Part shown: positions 38,491 to 50,800 of the stretch, one piece after another
Layout of the letters: each line of letters begins with the position of its first letter
Numbering within the stretch: the stretch's first letter is position 1
Assembly: GCA_017499595.2 (NCBI GenBank)
Contig: CM039009.1
Span: forward strand, 1,116,001 to 1,180,000
Direction: 5' to 3'
Length of the DNA: 64,000 nt
Source of the DNA: Psilocybe cubensis
Lineage: Eukaryota
The notes under the pieces: generated by a model
Database searches by the model: none
The model's input: the letters and a program-made list of their open reading frames with translations, nothing else
Told to the model about the DNA's origin: nothing
Program-made: the position numbers and the translations under genes

Positions 38491-38828
38491 CTTTATTTGC
38501 TATAAAAATATACTCTCAATACCAATTCAGATGCCGCGTGACTGGCTGTGACATCCTGTACCGTTTACAAACATTTGTAAACGGTTTGTAAACAGTTTCC
38601 TACCCTTTCCGTTTATTTTATAATATTTTTTAAACGGAAACTAAATGGTTGGAGCCTTACTTTATTTGCTATAAAAATATACTCTCAATACCAATTCAGA
38701 TGCCGCGTGACTGGCTGTGACATCCTGTACCGTTTACAAACATTTGTAAACGGTTTGTAAACAGTTTCCTACCCTTTCCGTTTATTTTATAATATTTTTT
38801 AAACGGAAACTAAATGGTTGGAGCCTTA
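38491..38828 (+). repeat. Perfect 169-bp tandem duplication of the hAT right terminus (two right TIRs)
   Basis: 38491-38659 and 38660-38828 read identically from CTTTATTTGCTATAAAAAT to TGGTTGGAGCCTTA. Confidence 0.93.
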
Positions 38829-40301
38829 CTTAGAGTGTGGTCAGTCCCGAGTCTAGCATCGTCTACTCACAAATATATACATAGACAGTGATGCATTATG
38901 TATTATATATTATAACCCATGTGCAGAACCACTGATTGCTTTATACTCAGGCCATATCTTTTGCACACCGTGCACAAACAAATTAATGGCAGCGACGTCG
39001 AGCGCTTTGATGAGCTGCCCAACATGTAGGAAGCGCGTCGAAAAAGGTGCGCACCCATAGCAGCTTAGCTTTTCTAAGATGCTGGGCAGCTAATGATTAA
39101 AAAAATTGACAGAGAATACCAGGAAGGTATACATCCCTCACGGCCCATCGAATAACATCCCTCGGACTCGAAGCGCCGCGCCGCCTCTGGCGCCTGCAAC
39201 CACGATGGAGAACCTGCTCAACGATACAATCAAAGAAGCAAGTGAGCAGGTCGAGAACCTGCGCACCGAAAACACGCGGCTGGAAAGCGCGCTCAAAGGC
39301 GCCTTTGCGCAGAACAATGCACTGCAAGACGCCGTGCAGATCGCTACAACGAAGCTGCGCGACGGCGCACGACGGCTGGATACGGAGACACGCGCGTCAC
39401 TCGAGGCGCGCGGGAAGGAAGGGGAGGCCAGGGCGCACGCGCGGAGGCTGGGGATGTGGGTGCATAGGCTGGTGGTCATGTTGTGCGTGCTGTTACTGCT
39501 TCTCCTTTTCTTCGGGGCGGTGATGGCCCGGTTCGCAAAGGTCACTTCGAAAGTGACCGGCGCGACTGTTTGGCAGTCCCATAAGCGCGCGATTTGGGAG
39601 ACTTTGAAGAGCTTGTTCCGGCTTTGAAAACTTGAAATTTTGAATTTGGATTTCAAGGATTTGACCGCTGATTTTACTTTTGTTTGGACTTTGTGTGCGA
39701 CCTCGTTCCCTTGATCATTCTACTGTTGGGAATTCCTAAAGACGATTGTCATGTTTAATTTAAAAATTCCCGATGGTTAACATTAAGACCTTAGGCCTTA
39801 GTAGGCCTTCATGCTCTACTTCTGCCTTACAACGCCATTCGCCACTCTCACTACTCACTCCGCACCAGGGTAATAACCCTGTGTTTTGTGAGCCTCGAGA
39901 AGCGTGTTTAAAGGGGTGTATCAGTGTTTGTGATATCCCATCTCGTATGATGTTATTTACAAAGACGCATTTTATTCTGTAAGGGCAGTTAGTTGAATGA
40001 AATCCTTTCAACAACTTGAAAAAAATGGTTAGAAAAAAACGGATTCAAGCCCTCTCAGGCAGCTAGTCTATGAAAATATGCTTAGTTCTGATCCTACCCG
40101 ATGGTATAGAACTGTTTGTTGTATACCAACCTCTTGAACTAACTGACAATCAAGTCTAATGAAGAAAGGTGATTCAATTGCGCATCATGATGTATATGCC
40201 ACAGAATAAGGGTCTAAAATCTATTACTTCTATCGCTCTTAATACCTCAGCTCTTGCATTTCCTCCCAAAATCACTCTTCCTCTTCTTCTACGCACTTAC
40301 G

Positions 40302-41260
40302 ATGGAGTGCATGGTCTGCTTTGAATTCTTCGGCGAGACCGCTTTCAGTTTAGAATGTGGTAAGCTCGAACTTGCCTCCGTCCCCATCCCACTTCCATCC
40401 TTATCAAATTTGTATAACCGTGAAACTGACTGCGCATTTTCACACTCTTCTTTGTGGTCGATGCCACAAAGGCCACATCCTATGTGCGCAATGCACAGAC
40501 AGACTCCGAGTCACAGCTGCTAGAGGCCCAACCAACATCGTCCTGCCGTGTCCCAGCTGCCGAGAATTAGTCTCAACAGGCAAGTCTAAGTCATTGGTCA
40601 TTGTCGTGACACAGCCGTATACGTCTTATTTACTTCAATACACTGCTTGCAGAGAAATCGCCTGCGCACATCCGCAAAGTGTACATGTCCTACATGGACC
40701 CGTACAACTTGAATACAGGCCCGACGCATACTACCCCTAGTAGTACTAGCAGTAGCACGGGGAACCGGGGCGCTTTCCGCGCGTCTGAATCCGCCAGCAC
40801 CAGTCTAAGAACCGGCGGCCCAACGAATATCCTCGCCTTCCTCGAGTCCGTCTCAGCATACTGCGCGCGCAACACCGACTTCCTCGAGTCCGTCTCAGCA
40901 TACTGCGCCCGCAACGCCGACTTCCTCCACCGGATCCACCGCATCTTCGACGCCTTCGACGCCGCCCATGCCCGCGCAGAGCGCACCGAGGCGCGCAACG
41001 CGCAGCTCGAGCACCAGCTGCTCACCGCGCAGAACACGATCGTGTTCCTGCGCCAGAACGACTTTGAGCAGCAGGGCAGGATCCAGGAGCTCGAGCGCGC
41101 GCTTGCGGAAAGGCGACGCGAGCAACGGACGGCGTGGATAGAGGACGCGGTCAGGATTGTGGGTTGGGTGTTGCTCGGGATTTATGCGCTGGCGTTTTGG
41201 ATTGACAAGGGCGCGGTGGAGGCGATTGGACATGTTTACAAGTACTTGTTTTGCCTATAA
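40302..41260 (+). CDS. RING-E: RING-HC + coiled coil + C-terminal transmembrane segment
   Basis: MECMVCFEFFGETAFSLECG|HILCAQCTDRLRV...LPCPSCRELVST|EKSPAHIRKVYM..., coiled coil, IVGWVLLGIYALAFWI (TM). Second intron is GC-AG (40580-40652). Confidence 0.85.
40837..40927 (+). repeat. 42-bp in-frame tandem duplication in RING-E
   Basis: FLESVSAYCARNTD/FLESVSAYCARNAD; period 42 nt starting at 40837 and 40879. Confidence 0.9.
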
Positions 41261-41610
41261 CAAAGTGCGGGTATGTTACTGCGCGGAATTATGATCATGA
41301 TATTCCTCCTAGTTTTGTACCAGTATAATTTGCAGTGCGAATCAGAATCTGACTGCGTTTCTCTGTTGCTAAACATAAATCGCGTAAATTGATGCACATG
41401 ATCGCGGCGACACCTGGGCCAAGTGCTCGCCCATGCTCCAATTTGTCATTTTTCTCAACGCAATAATCTCCACATCTCCAAAATCTTCTTCAGGCTCCAG
41501 CTACGCATCAACACACCCCTTGAATAGACGGATTTGTTTTGTTTTATGTTATCACCTCCAATGAAAGGATGACCCATTCCTTTGTGTGGCACTATTAAAC
41601 TACATAAAGG

Positions 41611-41950
41611 CACCCTGAGCCCGTGGTATCTCTAACCCTCTTTATGCAGTCTCTGTGCCTCTGCTGCTCATCCTTGTCTAACTGCTCCGCCTCCCCACAC
41701 CCCCACATCCACAGACAAATCACATTCATGGCGTGTTCTATAAATAAACCGCGTAGAACTTCAACACGTGATCGTGAACTAAACCGTCCCTGGTGAGCTC
41801 GATCTGTTTCTCCCTTACCAAACATCTCCTGAAGCTTTTTACCTGCCTCTCATCCTCCTTATACAGTTCCTGAGCTCTCTCCTGCACATCCTTAGCCAAT
41901 TGCCCGTCTCTCAACACAATGTTATCCATCTCTCCCAAATCATCTTCGAG
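41611..41950 (-). pseudogene. Two decayed copies of the 3' end of the adjacent DUF4449-like gene
   Basis: GQLAKDVQERAQELYKEDERQVKSFRR (~41761-41910) and a more degenerate EQLDKDEQQR/AQRLHKEG (~41611-41693), versus the parent GQLAKDVQERAQGLYKEGERQVKGFRR (~42160-42250). Confidence 0.8.
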
Positions 41951-42093
41951 CCATGCTTCATCACACACCCTCAATAGACAAGTACCATGATATCCGTAAG
42001 AGAAACCCGTAACATGTTATTAATCATTTCATACAAATACACAAAAACTCGAAAGCTACAAAACGCAAGAAACTAAAGCAATTTTTCTGTTCC

Positions 42094-44833
42094 TCAAACA
42101 TCAAAGCTGCTACTCTGCCAACCCTGCCTGTTGAGTTCGACCTGCTTCTTCCTCTCGACACTCCTCCTGAAACCTTTGACCTGCCTCTCACCCTCCTTAT
42201 ACAGCCCCTGCGCCCTCTCCTGCACATCCTTGGCCAACTGGCCCGCCTGCCTCTTCACACCCCGCACATCAACCTCTGGAACATCAACATCCATCTCCTC
42301 CGCCCTCCTCTCCAACTTGTCCACAATCCTCTCCGACCCACTCCCTACAGGCCCGCGCTTTGCCCCGTCCAAAATCTGTGGCTCAGCACCCATGGCCAAC
42401 ATTGACCTGCGCACCTCCTGGCCCTCGCCAAACTCATCTCCTGTGCCCTCCACACGCACGCTCTGCTCGACAACCAGACCCGTTCCCGTGGCATGCCACC
42501 CCATCTCCACCGGCCCCTCCCTGCTCTCGCGCTCCAGCCGCCCAATCTCGCTCCATACGGCAGCCATAAGCGACCCGCCGCCTCCAAGCCCTGTATCCTC
42601 AAACACCTCCCTGCGCCTGCCCACATCGAACGCTACACCGTCCGCCCAATCCACAATAGCCCGAATCTGCTCCGTCAGCGTCTTCTCCAGCGCCTGCCGC
42701 ATCTTCGCGACCATCATCGGTTTGAAGACCGTCACGAGCACCGAGTGGTTGGAATCCCTGATATCGATCCCTACGTCTTCAGCGATCGACACCGACGCGC
42801 TCTCAATGACGTTAAAGTGCTTGCGCGCCGCGCGCGAGTGCGAGCCTGTCGCGTTCGCAGGGATAAGCCGGATCTTGAGGTCCACATCGATCCCTTTCTC
42901 CGGCAGCTTCAGGCCTAGAAGACCGGTAAACTCGGAGGGGCCGATGGCGGACGCCGTTTTGTCTTTGTACCAGAACGAGACGTCTTTGAGCGAGAGTTGC
43001 AGTGCTTGGATGCGTACGTGCGTTAGCGCGCCGACGTTGGTGTGAGAAGGAGTGGATGGTTTCGCAGACGTTTGGATGTCGATGTCGGTGATGTTGCGAA
43101 TGTATACATGCGACGGCAAGATGTTGAATGTTGAGATATCGAGGTTCTCGAGCACAAACTCGATCTCATCGTCCTTGTATTCCGTTCTATATCAAAGTAA
43201 GCACCTTTCAAATTCAGCATGGTAAACCACTAACCTTGGGATAGGAACGTCCTTCATCTTTGACAAGAACTTTGGAATATAATACTTGAACAGGTCCTGC
43301 CAGAACCACGTCGCCTGCTCAATCGCAGCCTGCACACCCGTCTTCGCCTCCTCGCTCGCATCAACGAGTCCCCTCTCAATATCCGCGCCCAGCTTAGCAT
43401 GCGCCTCCTTGAGCCTATTCAGGTCCTCGTCGTTCTCCATGCCACTTTGCACGTTGTTCAACTCCTTCTTCAAATCATCGACGACCATCTTCCATTTACC
43501 CGACGAGTCCTTGTCCAGAAGTGCCTTCCACCTCGAGCGCAGTTCCTGGCGTTTCGCCTCGGCCTCATCAGAACGCGCGTACCCCGGATCCGCAAGATTC
43601 TTCCGCGACACAGAGAGAAAGTCGTCGAACCACGCCTTGAGCTCGGGGTCTTGCAAGATTGTATATGCAGCCGTGCGGAATTTCTGGATCAGCGGCTCAA
43701 GCGAGGTGTTTGCCAGGCGCTCGACGAGCGTGCGGAGCAGGTTGAGAGCCTTGGGAATGTGCTGCTCGGGTGTCGGGTCAGAGACGAAGCTGGAGAGTGT
43801 GGTGTTGGGATCGGATGCCGCGTCAATGGTGCTGTTGAGCCGCTTCTGCACGATGTCGAAGAGCGTGTCGAGGGATTGGCGGTACTCGGGATCGTTCTTT
43901 GCACGGTCGCTGACCTACAGAGCGCCACATTAACAAACCAATTTACATGCCCCAAAAAGATTGAAAGAAATTACCTTGTAGAATGTCTCACGAAGCCTCG
44001 AACCAGTCTTCTCCTTCTTCTCCTCAATCGCCTGGGTAGTACTTTGCACCGTACCAATGACAGTGGACCCTGTATCCTTAACGACATCCATCCCATGCTC
44101 CCACCGGACCTTGGCGCCTCCCTCCCGCTCCTCCTCCATCCTTTTCTTCTCCCGCCCCAGCGCATCCCGCTTGCCCTCGCGCACCTCCTCTTCCACACTG
44201 CGGATCGCGGCCTTTGCGGACCCAGCCTGCCCCTCGACGAGCTCCGCGGCGTCTGCGAGCGAGAGCCGGATGAGCGAGAGGATGTCCTCGCCCAGCGACG
44301 TGCCCTCGGAGGAGAGAGAGGACCAGAGCGTGGTGAGCAGTGTGCGGAGAGCACGGCGGATGGCAGAGATGTCGTTTAGCGCGTCGTCTTTGGTTTGTTG
44401 CGCCTCGGGTGTGGATGTGAGATCGCCCTGCGTGAGGTGGTGAAGGGCTTGTTGGAGGACGTTGTCCCCTGAATTGACATCGTCGTCAGTAAATGTTTCG
44501 TTTAGGACGTGGGTAGATATCTGTATACGCACCGTTCTTGTTGATCCCCAGCTGCTTGTACGCATCGAGCACACCGCGTAGCCCGCTCGCGAGTACGCGG
44601 CCCTGTGCGCTCAGTGCATCCGCGTTGATGTTGGTATTAGCATTGACGTCGACGTTCTGCGACGCCGCGGCGGCGGAGACAGCTTCGTCGACTTCCTCTG
44701 CAGCTTTGGCGAGATTAGCATCGACCCGCGCGATACCGACGTCGCTCAGCCAGTCGATGAACACGTTAATCTGTTGTGTGGAGGGCAGCTTGCCGGCTTC
44801 GAGAGCGGCGAGGACGGAGGATGCTTTGTCCAT
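42094..44833 (-). CDS. DUF4449/DUF5923 (HAM1-like, BPI/TULIP-like) conserved fungal protein, 4 exons
   Basis: MDKASSVLAALEAGKLPSTQQI...KN|GDNVLQ...IPIPR-like VPIPR|IEYKDDEIEFVLENLDI...NILPSHVYIRN...SLKDVSFWYKDK; family assignment from motif memory. Confidence 0.75.
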
Positions 44834-47800
44834 TACTGATTACGATTATTACTTTTACTTTAACGAGCTTGTTTTAGGTGGGTTTGGGTGATTGATTATT
44901 TAAAAAAAATGGATGCGTGGAGATGTTGATTGGTTTCGTGAAAGGTTGTGAATGGGTGGGTTGGGGGTGTGGATTCAAGAAATTCGAGTTTGGAGAGGGA
45001 TGAGACATGTCTACGGGCCCACTCTTTATAGCCCCCCCTCCACCTATGAACACACATGAATATTGCCCAGAGCCCAACTGGTACGCCAAAGGTCCTAGTC
45101 AAGTCACCAATGACGCGAACGAGTTATACATGTGACGTCATTGGATTCAGAGCCGTTTTAGGTATAGGGTGTGTCCCTGAAATAGATTCATCGAGGAATG
45201 GATGTGGAATCTAATCGACGGGCTACGCAGTGCAGTGGAGTAATTGGAGTGCGTCATATCATATTTGTTTTTGCTACTGGAAGGTGGGTGCGAGAATTGA
45301 GAATGTTCTCGTTGTTTCTGTTTGTAACCTTCTAAAATACGTCGATGTCCTTACTATTCGATACCTTGGAACTACAGTACTATGAACCCTGAAGCGACCG
45401 ATGAATCGATGGTGCGGTGTCTGGAGCTTGTAGAGCGCCTGTCTGCGAAAGTGTACAGTGAGACGGTTAATTGTAAAGGCTCACTTGACTCGCAAAGGCA
45501 GCGCTGAACTGGAAAAGCTCGACGTCCTCTTGAGTTAGCACTGGCAGAACAGTACCTCGCCAAATAACATAACGAAAACGTGGAACAAGAACAAGGTCAT
45601 GGCGTTGCGTGTTCTCCGTGAATTGAAGATCTTCCGCAAAACAACTCGCCGCCTCTTGCTTCTGATTTCGTATACCCTGCACTGAGCCGATGAGTTGATC
45701 TTACCGTCCTACAGCCCCCTTCCTATACACTGCATATTTGAACAAAAGGTTCAACGTGGCCGCAGCTGCGGCGCAATCGCACCCGATCTAGACATGACTC
45801 TCAGAAGCAACAGGACTCACAGACAACAATTGTTACAAATGAAGAGAGCTTAGATTCCGCACCAGCGGCGCACCGGGATACTCACATCAAGCATAAGACG
45901 ATAAGACGGAGGCGACAGACAGGATAATCAAACGGAGGCGGAGATGGAGCTTGCCCTCGATATACTGTTCTTGTTGAGCGCGGTGCAGAGGGTAAGAAAT
46001 GGTTAAATATGGAGCCTTTGATGAAGAAACAAGACGACGAACGAGCTGTGCGCGTCAACCTGTTCATTCCTCCGCCCTGTACGTGTCGTTGACCTCTTTT
46101 ATATGCCAAAAGTACCATAAACCCAGTGTTTCTGAGGAAAATTGCCGCGGGGGAGCTTCTGGGGCCATCCAAGGAACGAGGCAGAAGTTGGACAAATGCT
46201 GCTGGCTGCCTCTGGATGGTTGGTATAAGTCGACGGGCATCAGGACATTGTGATGAAAGGACACTCCTTCCAGCACGAATGCAAAACCTGTAAGTACTTG
46301 CCATACATGCAAGGAATAGCAGCTCCTCTTCGCACACGATAAACCCATGGCACGCAGACAAAGCCCGGAATGAACACAAGCGCCTGTATAACACAGCGCC
46401 ATCCGGATCAGCTTGAAGCATCTGCAGCACAGTCCAATTCGTGAGTGAGTTAGGGTTTTATTCGGAGGGACAAAAAATCGGGACGAGCACAAGAAGGAAA
46501 GCAAGAAGGCGAGGTCGAGCTGCAAACAATCCGGGAAACACCTGAAAGTTTAGTTCACGATCACGTGTGTAAACACTACGCGGTTTATTTTTAGCATGCT
46601 CCATGAATGTGATTTATGACGTCTCGGAAAGAGCGCAGATACTTGGTGTATGTCCGTAAAATAGAAAAAGTGAGAGAAAATTCCTCACGTTGATGTGAGG
46701 ATGTAATTAATGTTTGCAATGGTCGCAGAATGAGCACCAATGCTTTCGGGATATGCCGGTCGCACATCGGCAGTGACGGGTATGATTCAACTGCACCAAA
46801 AGATATATTCATTTAGATTTTGCGTAGCTAACACTCTGGATGCTGTAAGTTATATGCTTTCATTTTGAGCATGTCAAGCAAGGTTGGAGCCGTTATGTAT
46901 GTAATTTTTATCACAATATCAATAAGCAATGCGCTCGGATAAAAATTGCCCGAATTATGCACAGTGCACAAAGACTCGACTGAGTTATCAAGCAGATAAA
47001 ATATCACGATTATATCCAGAGAATCGGAGACTATGAAGTAAATCCTACCCTCGCATGCATATAGCGCATTGTACATCGCGTTGAGGATAATGATGATACG
47101 TGTATCACAATAAATTCTTCTCAAGCAACTGTAGTCATAGTCATCCATCCATATGGCCTCGGGGAATCAATGTAAGCAAGAAATCTAGCTACAATCACAT
47201 CTCATATCAATATATAGAGCCTTGTAAGCGACACAAAACATCATCATCGCCGTGATCATCGCCGCGCGCTTGTGTTAAAAATAGCCGCTCGCTGTTTATC
47301 CTACCCGTTTCGGTAATATACCGCAGACTCCAGAGTCCAGCAAAGAGAGAATGGCTAACTATGAGCCGAGGACTAATTTTCGGTTACTCACCTATCCTTG
47401 CCCGGTGCGCGCGTATCTAGTCACTGGCGCGCATTCGGGAGTGTGAATGTGATGTGCCCCGTACCCCAGCCTTAGGATCTGGAGTCCAAGCGAATCACCC
47501 ACACGCGCACTCAGTGAATGACGATTATATCATTGTTATATTTACCTCCCAGAAACACCATCAAAAAAGTGATGGCGCTTAAATATCCTCGGCGTCATTT
47601 GGTGTAACTCGTTCCAGGTTGTTTGAAATATTATCTAGCTCTTCTATCTCTTTTAACCTAGCTCAGCTGACCCATATTCACATCGCGCGAGGGTTAACTG
47701 CTTCAGGCTCTGTCCGGTTTCATGCTTTTAAAATACACAATGTGGGACTGCAGGCCGTACAAATGTAGTTTTCCCCTAACATTCAAAAATGGAAAACGCC

Positions 47801-50800
47801 ACAGAGGTTCTTCCTGACAATATCAAATTACCATCATCGGCTATAAGCTATTTGCGAGTTACTCTAATTAGTAACCGAACTTGACTGCAAACGCCAGCAT
47901 TAACATATACCAACGACTGATAACAAGACTTCAAACAGGATCAGTTATCACTTTCGTGATGACTTGATTCTTTCGAAGCGTTAAGAAAAAGACCTTTTCG
48001 TAAGAATTGAATTCTACGGAGGATGCGTAATTCCCTTGGTCCCATGATGCTGCGCTCCATCGATCTTTCTGGGTCGTTGAGGTCTCGATCTCTGAAAGAT
48101 GCGCAGTTCAAGGCGGGAAAACCTTCGACAACCTTGGGCATCTAACGGACCTTAACGTCAGTAAATATGCGGTAGCGGCCACGGTAAATATGAGTCGCCT
48201 CGTATGCGAAATGAATGAATTAAACCTTAATATCCAAAACAGTCAAACCTTGTGTCTTTTACTAGCTTTTAGCATTAGCACTGAGTAGGTATGTCGGTGA
48301 AGATCTATATTTGGTCTCTGCTAACAGAATTCTCTGATTTTGGATGAAAGTCTTTTTGACATGAATACAGACAGCAAGTCACGACCCCATCTCACAGAGG
48401 AAATCAATCAATTGGATTGGTTCACATTATATACTAAGCGTTGATGTTTATAGGCCCAAAAGAGATCCACTTGGGCAGGAGGTATGATAACTTAGATTAC
48501 TTGGACTTGATATTATAAACTAAATCCAGATATTTTCAAGCCGCCTTTTGTTTAAAGTTCCACCCTTAACCTTCAGGAGCTATAGAACTATCCAAATCCA
48601 AATCGATACGAGATAGTGGATATAGATAGTGGCGGACTTGGCGCGACTGAGAAAAAAGAGCAGAGTTCATCCCCGCGCAATCCCCTTCCGCCTGTCGAAG
48701 CCCTGAAGAAAGAATAGAAGGAGTGGAGTAATAGGATTGCATCAGTCGAAGGTTCGAACCGCGCTGATGTTCCCCGGGATAGCGACGATCAGCGTGAGCA
48801 ATGGAGGGCTTTGTGCGTGCAGCTGCAACAGCAGTTTTGCACCGGAAGGTTATCACCCGTCGCACGCAAATCATCGCTGCTGCAGAGCCCGTGTTGCTGG
48901 TATAGTATTGGATCTAGGATCAGCACAGAACATATGATTTGATTAGCCTTGGCCTCAGTGCGGTTATTAGCGCAATTGAGGATACCCGCATTAACTCTCA
49001 CTTGATGTCATGTGTGGCTATCTAATTCAGAAAGTCCAAGTTCGAATTGAAGGGTGAACCCGACTGCTGGGGTTCACGTTCGGGGCTTGGGCTCCTGCTT
49101 CCTTGATTTAATCAGGATTTGAATAGTACACACGCGCATGGGAGCACGGATTTCGAGCTGTCTGTCGAACTTGAGAACACTGCACTCAAGCGCGTGATAT
49201 GTAGTCATTAGGGGCTTGACGCCGGATGGGGACCCAGGAGCTTCCTTACCGAGGAGGGGGCGCTTTAACTTGGCTTGGAAATTCACTCATTGGAATGAAC
49301 GTCTTTCGCAGGTCTTTATAGTCTTTTTGTTCTAAGCTTTTTTGATCAGATTAATCAAGAATGAAGGTACTGATATGATAGTGCATCAAAATTGATCCCG
49401 TTTTCTCTCAAGGTTCGGAGGTTTTCATGATATTACTTATAATTATCGACAGGCAAGACCCAGATTCTATTGAATTATGCGTCTGTATTGGTCGGCGAGA
49501 TATTCCGAGCTGCAGCTCCCGCGTTCATTAATTGACAATTAAGAAGCTCTCATCAGCTATTCAAGCGGTGAAACTTACCACATCCTTGATGTGAACGCTT
49601 CCTAAAGGGAGCGAGTGCGCGATTTACTCATTCAATTGTCGGTTTCCCACAGTCAAGTTTCTGATTATTTCAACGAAGTTTGACGAAGTCTTAGAAATTC
49701 TGCTTGTCCGACGGTACCCGTCGCCTTTTCTCAGTGGGGCTAATGATACGCGAACTTGAACGGCCAATGACACGGAAAAAAAAAGATAAAACAGGTTCTT
49801 GGCTTACCGAGCCAGTAGTAAATCAAAGTAAAACATATCTTTTGCTAATCGAACTCGTCTCGTGTTTACAGAACGTTCGAGGACGAAGACAGCACCCTCA
49901 CCGCTAAGGATATTCATCATTATTTGTTGACGTGCCGCCAGTTTTCACGTCCAATAAAATTAAAGTTCGGAGAAAGCTGATGTCTCGGAGACCGGAGAAG
50001 ATGATTTCGACGGCGATGGATCCTTGGTAGACCGCAAAATGCTTAAACCTGCAAGGCTGTTTATTTAGCGAAGAGCATTCCTCTTCAATCTTTTTATTAT
50101 TTAGTGTCCGCGAACGTTGTCAGTGTCAAAAGTGGTTTTTGTAAGAGGCCGGAAGGAAGAAACAAAGCCAAGTCCCGGGCTTCGATGTCGGTGGAGGGAA
50201 AGGGTCGACTCATATGACCACAAATGCCGACCTGCATGTTGAACGCGTACTAATTTAGATGCTCACTAAGTCACGGATCGAAGACGAACAGAGATCGTGG
50301 CATTGTGAGAATGTGTATGTTTTGTGTTCAGCCAACCAATCATTGGGGTGCCTGTCAGAAAGAAGCTGATAACACATGGCGAAACGAGGCAGAGACGGGG
50401 GTTCACGTTCAGCAGCTGTTACAGATAGAAGGCGCGCGAATTTTGGGATGGGTCTCCGTGCTCCAACCTGGTGGAATGGTGCACGGAGTAGAACGCGTTA
50501 AGGTGAGGTCATGGACTTACAGAATCACAGTACGAGAGCATTGATGAAACTTGTGCCTTTGAAGAGTATACATAGGAAGGATCAATTGATCAATTCTCAG
50601 GGCGCCTTCGAATGATTGATTAGAAGGTCATACTGGTGAGGGGTATCGATTTTTGAAGTCCAGGCCTTTCTGTGAGGTGAAAGGGGTGGTAGATTGTTGT
50701 CTTTTTGGTCGACTAGGACGCTGTAGTGGCTATCTTGGAACCAGGAAGTGGTGAGGCACACTGTATGAATAGACACCTTCCTTTTCCGACGATAGAAATG

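Larger units (their letters stand above)
34499..38828 (+). mobile_element. Autonomous-looking hAT-superfamily DNA transposon, 4330 bp
   Basis: 8-bp TSD CTTAGAGT at 34491-34498 and 38829-38836. TIRs TAAGGCTCCAATCGTTTAGTTT (left) and TAAGGCTCCAACCATTTAGTTT (right, reverse complement). Subterminal GTTTACAAAC repeats. Transposase inside. Confidence 0.95.
34429..39627 (+). pseudogene. RING-D: RING-HC + coiled coil + TM gene disrupted in exon 1 by a hAT transposon
   Basis: Removing the element and one TSD restores MVSGPPKCAICFYKLGETASSLECG|HIFCTPCTNKLMAATSSALMSCPTCRKRVEK|ENTRKVYI..., coiled coil, LVVMLCVLLLLLLFFGAVM (TM), stop 39627. An in-frame upstream ATG also exists at 34387. Confidence 0.85.

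Noticed and set aside
42131..44891. Long plus-strand ORFs (304, 215, 326 aa)
   Set aside because: Antisense shadows of the GC-rich DUF4449-like gene, with no independent motifs.
47395..47440. GC-rich hairpin with CTAG as a Helitron 3' end
   Set aside because: The CTAG lies inside the hairpin loop rather than downstream, and there is no Rep/helicase sequence.
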